In this document: piece by piece, positions 58,911-64,000 of the stretch
Position numbering within the stretch: position 1 is the first letter of the stretch
How the letters are laid out: the number at the start of each line of letters is the position of its first letter
NCBI GenBank assembly: GCA_018238545.1
Contig: JABCTC010000014.1
Span: 15,933-79,932, forward strand
Origin: Candidatus Heimdallarchaeota archaeon
Lineage (GTDB): Archaea > Asgardarchaeota > Heimdallarchaeia > Heimdallarchaeales > Heimdallarchaeaceae
Reading direction: 5' to 3'
Length of the DNA stretch: 64,000 bases
The notes under the pieces: model-generated
Databases searched by the model: none
What the model saw: only the letters and a program-made list of their open reading frames with translations
Told to the model about the DNA's origin: nothing
Translations under genes and position numbers: made by a program

Positions 58911-61883
58911 ATGTCTTCTTTAGTACTAAAATCAGATAACTTCATATTTCATCGTCTGACGCTCTGCAATTTTAAGATGCATAAGTTCACAGAATTAGAA
59001 CTGTCTGAACTGCCGATTATAGTAATTTCGGGCGCAAACGGAAGTGGAAAGACACAGTTACTTGAAGCTCTTATACTTTCAATTGGGCATACACCAAGCA
59101 GAGTAAGTTTAAGTTCGTACAAAGATCTTGTTGGACCCTTTGATGATCATTGTATAATTCAACTATTTTTGCGTAATCCTATAATAAATGATCAAAGAAT
59201 AATTTCTAGTTCAGATCCTGATATTAGCAACATTGTAAACAAAGATAGATTTCATTTAGAAATAAGAATCAACAAAGAAGGAGATATGAGAAGAAGTATT
59301 GTAGACACTAAAGGTAAAAAGCAATCTATTGCTCGAAAGCAAGTACAAAGATTAATGAAAAGCATTGGCATTTATGATGATACAATGCTCAATTTTACAG
59401 AGGAGGGGTATCTAAGCTCATTTGCTGATGGTTCCCCTCGTAAGAAACTAGACAGTCTTCTTGCAGCTACTGGACTAAAAGAGATATTTGCAAGTTATTT
59501 AACTTCAAAGAGGAGAGTTGATGAAAAAAATAAAGAATTCTCTCCTTTGGTGTTGCAACTTGAAAAAGAAAAAACTTCTCTGAGCAAACTGAAAGAAAAT
59601 TTCGAAAGATTAGAAAAAAAGAAAGAACTTATCACCCGTTTTGAGAATGTTGATAGAGAATTGGTTTGGTTTAACGCACTCGAGAGCAAAGACAGATTGC
59701 GAGAATCTAAAGAAGAACTTACATCCAAGAAGAATGAATTAAGTAATCTAAGCACACAGCTCCAATCTACCAACGAGGACTATAATAAAACTAGAAAAGA
59801 ACTTGAGAATCTCGAGAAAGACAATAATAACTTGATCAATGAGAGAGACATTTTAAGTGACAAAGTAAGCCGATTCGAGGGACAAAAAGAGGAAAAGGAA
59901 CGAAAAATAAACCAATTCAAGGAAACTCTCAACAACTTAGATGAGAAACTTACTGAATTTCGCAAAGTAAAAACAAATGATACTTTGAATGAAAAAATTA
60001 ACCTTCAAGATCAACTTAACAGTATTAAGAAGCAGCAGAAGCATATGAATGTTAGAATATTAGATATCTCAAAGGAATTGAAAGAAAAATCCAATGAAGA
60101 GAACGTGATCAAGAAACGTATAGATGAACGAGCTAGTCTATATGGTGACTTAAGTGAATATGAGCGAAATCTTGTAAAAGATTCTATAAAATTCAAAGAA
60201 GGTATCAAATCCTCTCACTACTCAAAAGAAATTATTGGACCAGTTTATGAAGTTATAACAATCTTGCCTGATTTTGTGAAGTATTCTGAAGTAATAAAAC
60301 AAGCTTTAGGTAGAAATTTATTTGGATTCATTGCTACTTCTGAGGAGGCATATCATGCAGCCAAAGAAATTTATGATAACATCTTCCCATCATTCAAGCC
60401 TAACTTCACTGTAGGAAGAGTATTAGAAGAAGAACAAGGTCCTAAACCTGATTATCTCACGTCCACTAGTTTGAAGGAGAAACCAGATGGTGTGATTGAT
60501 AATGTTATTAATTTAATAAAAACCTCTACTCAAGTTAAACTATATCTTAAACGATTTGTAAACATTGTTCTTGCATTTCCTGAATTACCTCCAAATCTCC
60601 TCACTAATTATGCAAAACAAATCAGGGCAAATATTCTAACAACTGATGGTAAGAGCTTCTATCTATCTAGAGAAGCTTTTTCCAGACCACCAAGTAAATA
60701 TCGTGTGAGATTAAACGTTTCTTTGGATAAATACTTATCAATAGAAAGAATACGAGAAAATTTACAAGCTCTTTACACTAACATGGAAGAGTTAGCTGCG
60801 GAAGAAAGTCAATATATTCAGGAAAGAAGTGAACTTGAAAATAAGAAAAGAGAGATAGAAAATCATCTTCGTCCATGGGAAATGTCAGGTGATGAAGTAG
60901 AAAGAGAATTCATCAATCTAGAAAGTAGAAAGAATGAAGTGGAACAACAATTAGGCGAAGAACGCAATGGTTTGGAGCAGATAAATGCTAAAATCGAAAA
61001 TCATGCCTCTCAATTAATAAAAATGGATAATGGGTTGAAAATCAAGAGAGGTCTCGAACAAAATAAGAGAAGCGAATTTTCAGAGTTATCTCACAGAATC
61101 AATGAACTTTCATCCAGAAAAAATAGAATTATTAGACATGTTGAATTGTTGAAAATAGAGGTTGAGGAAATAGATAAACTACTCAGTGAATTACTCAGTT
61201 TAGCTCAAGAGAAAGGTTTGCAACCTGAAGTGATTCGTGAAAATAAAGAAGATATCTTTTCTGAATATAGCAAAATTAAAGGACAGCTTGAACTTCTTGA
61301 AATAACACCTGAAGTTACAGAAGAAACTCTGAAAGAACAAGATCGTAAAGTTGAGGTACTACAGACAGAAGTAGAAGAAAATCAAAAACACTTGGACAAT
61401 CTTAAGAAAGATCTGGCAAAACGTTTAGCGGAATGGGAAGGTAGTTTAAAACAAATCGTTTCTCATCTTAATAAGATGCTCAATTTACTTCTGAAAGATG
61501 TTTTTGAGAATATCTCTTTAAGCATTGTAAATTACAATGATGAAAAAAATTCCGGGTTAATAATTGAGGCTGAAACTAAAGGCGATGATAGAAAGTATAG
61601 ACAGTTATCAGGTGGAGAAAAAACGTTAATAGCTCAAGCCATAATCTTAGCACTTCATATGATAAACCATTCCCCGATTCATGCCATTGATGAATTCACA
61701 CAAAAATTAGATAAGAAAAATAAGTCATTAGCTTTTGCAATGGCTTTAGCTACTTACGAGATAGCAAAGGAGAACAGATCTATAACTCCTCAATTTATTC
61801 TAATTACTCCTTCGCTTGATGATGTTCAACTTTCCGATGAGTTTACACATAAAATATTAATTGAATCAAAGGTGATTGTATGA
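58911..61883 (+). CDS. SMC5/6-type SMC ATPase
   Basis: NFK.H, Walker A GANGSGKT, long coiled coils, hinge IIGPVYEVI...ALG..L.GFI, signature LSGGEKT, Walker B SPIHAIDEFTQKLD, QFILITP. Confidence 0.9.
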   Translation: MSSLVLKSDNFIFHRLTLCNFKMHKFTELELSELPIIVISGANGSGKTQLLEALILSIGHTPSRVSLSSYKDLVGPFDDHCIIQLFLRNPIINDQRIISSSDPDISNIVNKDRFHLEIRINKEGDMRRSIVDTKGKKQSIARKQVQRLMKSIGIYDDTMLNFTEEGYLSSFADGSPRKKLDSLLAATGLKEIFASYLTSKRRVDEKNKEFSPLVLQLEKEKTSLSKLKENFERLEKKKELITRFENVDRELVWFNALESKDRLRESKEELTSKKNELSNLSTQLQSTNEDYNKTRKELENLEKDNNNLINERDILSDKVSRFEGQKEEKERKINQFKETLNNLDEKLTEFRKVKTNDTLNEKINLQDQLNSIKKQQKHMNVRILDISKELKEKSNEENVIKKRIDERASLYGDLSEYERNLVKDSIKFKEGIKSSHYSKEIIGPVYEVITILPDFVKYSEVIKQALGRNLFGFIATSEEAYHAAKEIYDNIFPSFKPNFTVGRVLEEEQGPKPDYLTSTSLKEKPDGVIDNVINLIKTSTQVKLYLKRFVNIVLAFPELPPNLLTNYAKQIRANILTTDGKSFYLSREAFSRPPSKYRVRLNVSLDKYLSIERIRENLQALYTNMEELAAEESQYIQERSELENKKREIENHLRPWEMSGDEVEREFINLESRKNEVEQQLGEERNGLEQINAKIENHASQLIKMDNGLKIKRGLEQNKRSEFSELSHRINELSSRKNRIIRHVELLKIEVEEIDKLLSELLSLAQEKGLQPEVIRENKEDIFSEYSKIKGQLELLEITPEVTEETLKEQDRKVEVLQTEVEENQKHLDNLKKDLAKRLAEWEGSLKQIVSHLNKMLNLLLKDVFENISLSIVNYNDEKNSGLIIEAETKGDDRKYRQLSGGEKTLIAQAIILALHMINHSPIHAIDEFTQKLDKKNKSLAFAMALATYEIAKENRSITPQFILITPSLDDVQLSDEFTHKILIESKVIV

Positions 61884-62635
61884 CAGACCAAGAATCTACA
61901 GGTGAAGAAAAGGGCTCTGAGACAACTATTGTTGAAGAGACAGGGGATTGGTCTGAAATAATCTTTCAAACTCTCTTTGAATTAGAGAAAAAGTATTCTA
62001 AATCACTCAGGAAGAAAGAAGTAGTTGGAGTGTATGAGTCGGAAAATGATAGGAAGCGAGTATCTGATGCATATATCTACCTTAATAGTCAGAGGGAGAG
62101 CTTAGTGGATTCTGCGCTGTATGAGGGCTTCATCAACATGAGTGAGTTGAGAGAATCAAGTTATTTGGAACAGATGTTTCTTCTAGAACAAAGATTGAAT
62201 GATTTTGGGCAATTTGTCGCAAAATCATGTCAGTCGGTATTTTTTACAATGGGGAAGCCTACTATAGAATATAGCAGTATTGATTTCGAAGCTAAAACAG
62301 AGTTGATAGCAACTGATGATAAGGCTGAAATCAAGCTCTTCATTCGGAAAAATCAAGATAGACTTAGAGTGTTTGAAAGCACTTTTTTGAGTTATGGTGA
62401 TATATTGAATTATGAAAAAGACTTATTTGAAAAGCTTCTAAATAAAAGATTCAAGAAAAAGGAGTTAGAAGATTTATTATCAGTAATTGAAACTGAAATC
62501 TTATCTAAGCTGATTAGTGAGAAAAAAATACGGATGGTTCAAAAAGGCGAATATCTTGTATTTTCAAAAAATGGTGATTATGAAGAAATAGAAGGAATAT
62601 CTAGTAGCGTTCTTCTATCTCCAAAGAAAAACTAA
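61880..62635 (+). CDS. Putative kleisin (Nse4/ScpA-like)
   Basis: ATGA overlap with the SMC gene; 251 aa; C-terminal ILSKLISEKKIRMVQ..YL resembles the kleisin C-terminal winged helix. Confidence 0.55.
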   Translation: MTDQESTGEEKGSETTIVEETGDWSEIIFQTLFELEKKYSKSLRKKEVVGVYESENDRKRVSDAYIYLNSQRESLVDSALYEGFINMSELRESSYLEQMFLLEQRLNDFGQFVAKSCQSVFFTMGKPTIEYSSIDFEAKTELIATDDKAEIKLFIRKNQDRLRVFESTFLSYGDILNYEKDLFEKLLNKRFKKKELEDLLSVIETEILSKLISEKKIRMVQKGEYLVFSKNGDYEEIEGISSSVLLSPKKN

Positions 62636-62638
62636 GAA

Positions 62639-63250
62639 GTGATTGTGCTAATGGAAGAGGATTTTAACAATATTGACGAAATGCAAGGCACCAAACCTGA
62701 AGTTGTCAAGCTTCCAGCAGCTATAACAGATGAAGAAAAAAGTGAATTATTCAAAGAGCTAACTACTATACTGTCTAGAAAATGGGTAAAAAACAAAATA
62801 TTCGTTTTTGGGAGTTCAGAGATTGATCTTCTGCTTGCAACAAGATTTGATATCGATACACTTCGTGAGATCATTGAAGAATACAAAAGCTTTGTTGAAA
62901 TTCTTGGCCTGGAAGTGGTGGAATACACTATTGATGGTGAAACATGGTATAGTTTGAAATCTGCATTTTATGCTCCTTCAGAATTATTAAAGAGTGAGTT
63001 TATTGTTCTTGGAACAATAATTGGAATCCTTGAAACCCAAACTGGACCTCTTTCTACCAAGACAATTAAAGAAAAACTAACTGATACAAACAGAATGAAA
63101 GCATATCAAGTAGATTTATGTTTACGAAAATTAGTACAACAAGGTTACATAAAGAAGTTACACAACGTTTGGTCATATAATTATAGAACTCTAGTCGAGT
63201 TTGGAGAAGAGGAAAGGAGAAAAATAACAGAGGAGTTTCGAAAAATTTGA
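62639..63250 (+). CDS. Putative KITE subunit (Nse1/Nse3-like tandem winged helix)
   Basis: LREIIEEY...LGLEV...GE.WY.L (WH-A) and LRKLVQQGYI....WS...RTLVEF (WH-B). Confidence 0.7.
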   Translation: MIVLMEEDFNNIDEMQGTKPEVVKLPAAITDEEKSELFKELTTILSRKWVKNKIFVFGSSEIDLLLATRFDIDTLREIIEEYKSFVEILGLEVVEYTIDGETWYSLKSAFYAPSELLKSEFIVLGTIIGILETQTGPLSTKTIKEKLTDTNRMKAYQVDLCLRKLVQQGYIKKLHNVWSYNYRTLVEFGEEERRKITEEFRKI

Positions 63251-63702
63251 AAGAACTTGAAATTTTACACTGTTATATTAGATGTGCGTTTTGTAATTCA
63301 CTGATGATGGTGAAAGAAGCGGCATTAGAAGGCTGGGAAGTCTGTAATGGCTGTCAATTAGTATTTTGTTCTAAATGTAAAGACGAATATAAATCATTAG
63401 AAGTTTGTCCGGGTTCAGTTTATGTTAGTGAACACAAACCTATTTTTGACTTGTTGCCTATCGAACAGATATTTGATCTCTCAAAGCAGATGCAAAGAAA
63501 ACCAAAAGAGGGACGGTTTGTTGCGAAAATATTTTTCGAAGATGAAAAAACAAAAGTGAATATTATAGAAAATAGAAACAAACAGAAACTAGAAGCTGAT
63601 TTCAACATAGTAAGATTCAGAGAAGAACAATGGAGAAAATTTGGAACTGTTTTGGTAAAAAGAAAGGATGGAAAATTTCTCACTTGGGGTCAAATTGATT
63701 AA
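63247..63702 (+). CDS. RING/PHD-like Zn-finger protein (Nse1-RING-like)
   Basis: C-x2-C-x16-C-x2-C-x4-C-x2-C-x9-C-x8-H. TTGA overlap with the KITE gene and upstream GAGGAG. Confidence 0.65.
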   Translation: MKELEILHCYIRCAFCNSLMMVKEAALEGWEVCNGCQLVFCSKCKDEYKSLEVCPGSVYVSEHKPIFDLLPIEQIFDLSKQMQRKPKEGRFVAKIFFEDEKTKVNIIENRNKQKLEADFNIVRFREEQWRKFGTVLVKRKDGKFLTWGQID

Positions 63703-63722
63703 AAAACAAAAGAGAAAGGAAT

Positions 63723-63920
63723 TTACTTATTCCTTTTTTTTATATAAATGATTGAACTTAAAACCAAAAGTCCTGATATGGAAAACCATATTGATATTGG
63801 CGCGGTACTAATGTCGTTTATTTCAATTGTTGCTGTGTTTCCAAATGTGTCTGTTAGAGTAAAATGCAATGTTTTCGAACCACCGTAGTCAACTGATGAG
63901 CAGAAACTTACCCAATCTTG
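63723..63920 (-). pseudogene. C-terminal fragment of a surface protein (Ig-like strand + TM + basic tail), preceded by an in-frame stop
   Basis: Minus frame reads *QDWVSF...LHFTLTDTFGNTATIEINDISTAPISIWFSISGLLVLSSIIYIKKRNK*, with no ATG after the upstream TAA. Confidence 0.45.
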
Positions 63921-64000
63921 TTATGAGGAAAAACTCCTCCTAGCTGACTTTTCTTCGCGTTTATATACCATTCTGTGGATAAATAGGTGAAGACGATGGT

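Noticed and set aside
63239-63250. Programmed -1 frameshift fusing KITE and RING
   Set aside because: In-frame cga aaa att tga is not a canonical X XXY YYZ heptamer. An RBS plus TTGA overlap explains the junction by translational coupling.
3698-63683. Numerous 60-144 aa ORFs antisense to or nested within long genes (e.g. 3698-3931, 10996-11292, 25404-25838, 50917-51327, 59495-60208)
   Set aside because: Shadow ORFs of well-supported genes, with no motifs.
58911-63702. Wadjet (JetABCD), MukBEF or Rad50-Mre11 assignment
   Set aside because: No Toprim JetD or Mre11 nuclease, the SMC gene comes first, a hinge is present instead of a Zn hook, and the head motifs are SMC5/6-like.
1-64000. CRISPR arrays, tRNA/rRNA genes, transposases and integrases
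   Set aside because: No spaced repeats, no GC-rich structured RNA-like segments in the short intergenic gaps, and no transposase or recombinase motifs seen.

Overview
AT-rich, gene-dense archaeal chromosomal window. The gene content points to an Asgard archaeon, most likely Heimdallarchaeia (inference): archaeal TFB, AlaRS, ArgRS, Cgi121, AMP phosphorylase and SepF occur alongside eukaryotic-signature proteins (two roadblock/LC7, a longin-like protein, an Rpn11-like JAMM protein, a RING protein and a eukaryote-like PriL). I found no rRNA, tRNA, CRISPR array or recognisable mobile element. Housekeeping loci include folP/cofE-like, galK, galT, a GH57 alpha-galactosidase, glnA, arginine decarboxylase, dinB-priL-priS, XPD and a RecJ-like nuclease. 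The most notable locus is a tightly packed four-gene operon at 58911-63702. It encodes an SMC5/6-type ATPase, a kleisin-like protein, an Nse1/Nse3-like tandem winged-helix (KITE) protein and a stand-alone RING-like Zn finger resembling the Nse1 RING. Together these look like a minimal archaeal SMC5/6 complex with a split Nse1. Other candidates are a tail-anchored JAMM isopeptidase next to an atypical kinase, an 8x winged-helix + RING putative E3 ligase, a site-1-protease-like subtilase, a degenerate GH57, and a 50-aa Zn-ribbon microprotein missing from the ORF track. All family calls come from reading motifs by eye; no searches were run.
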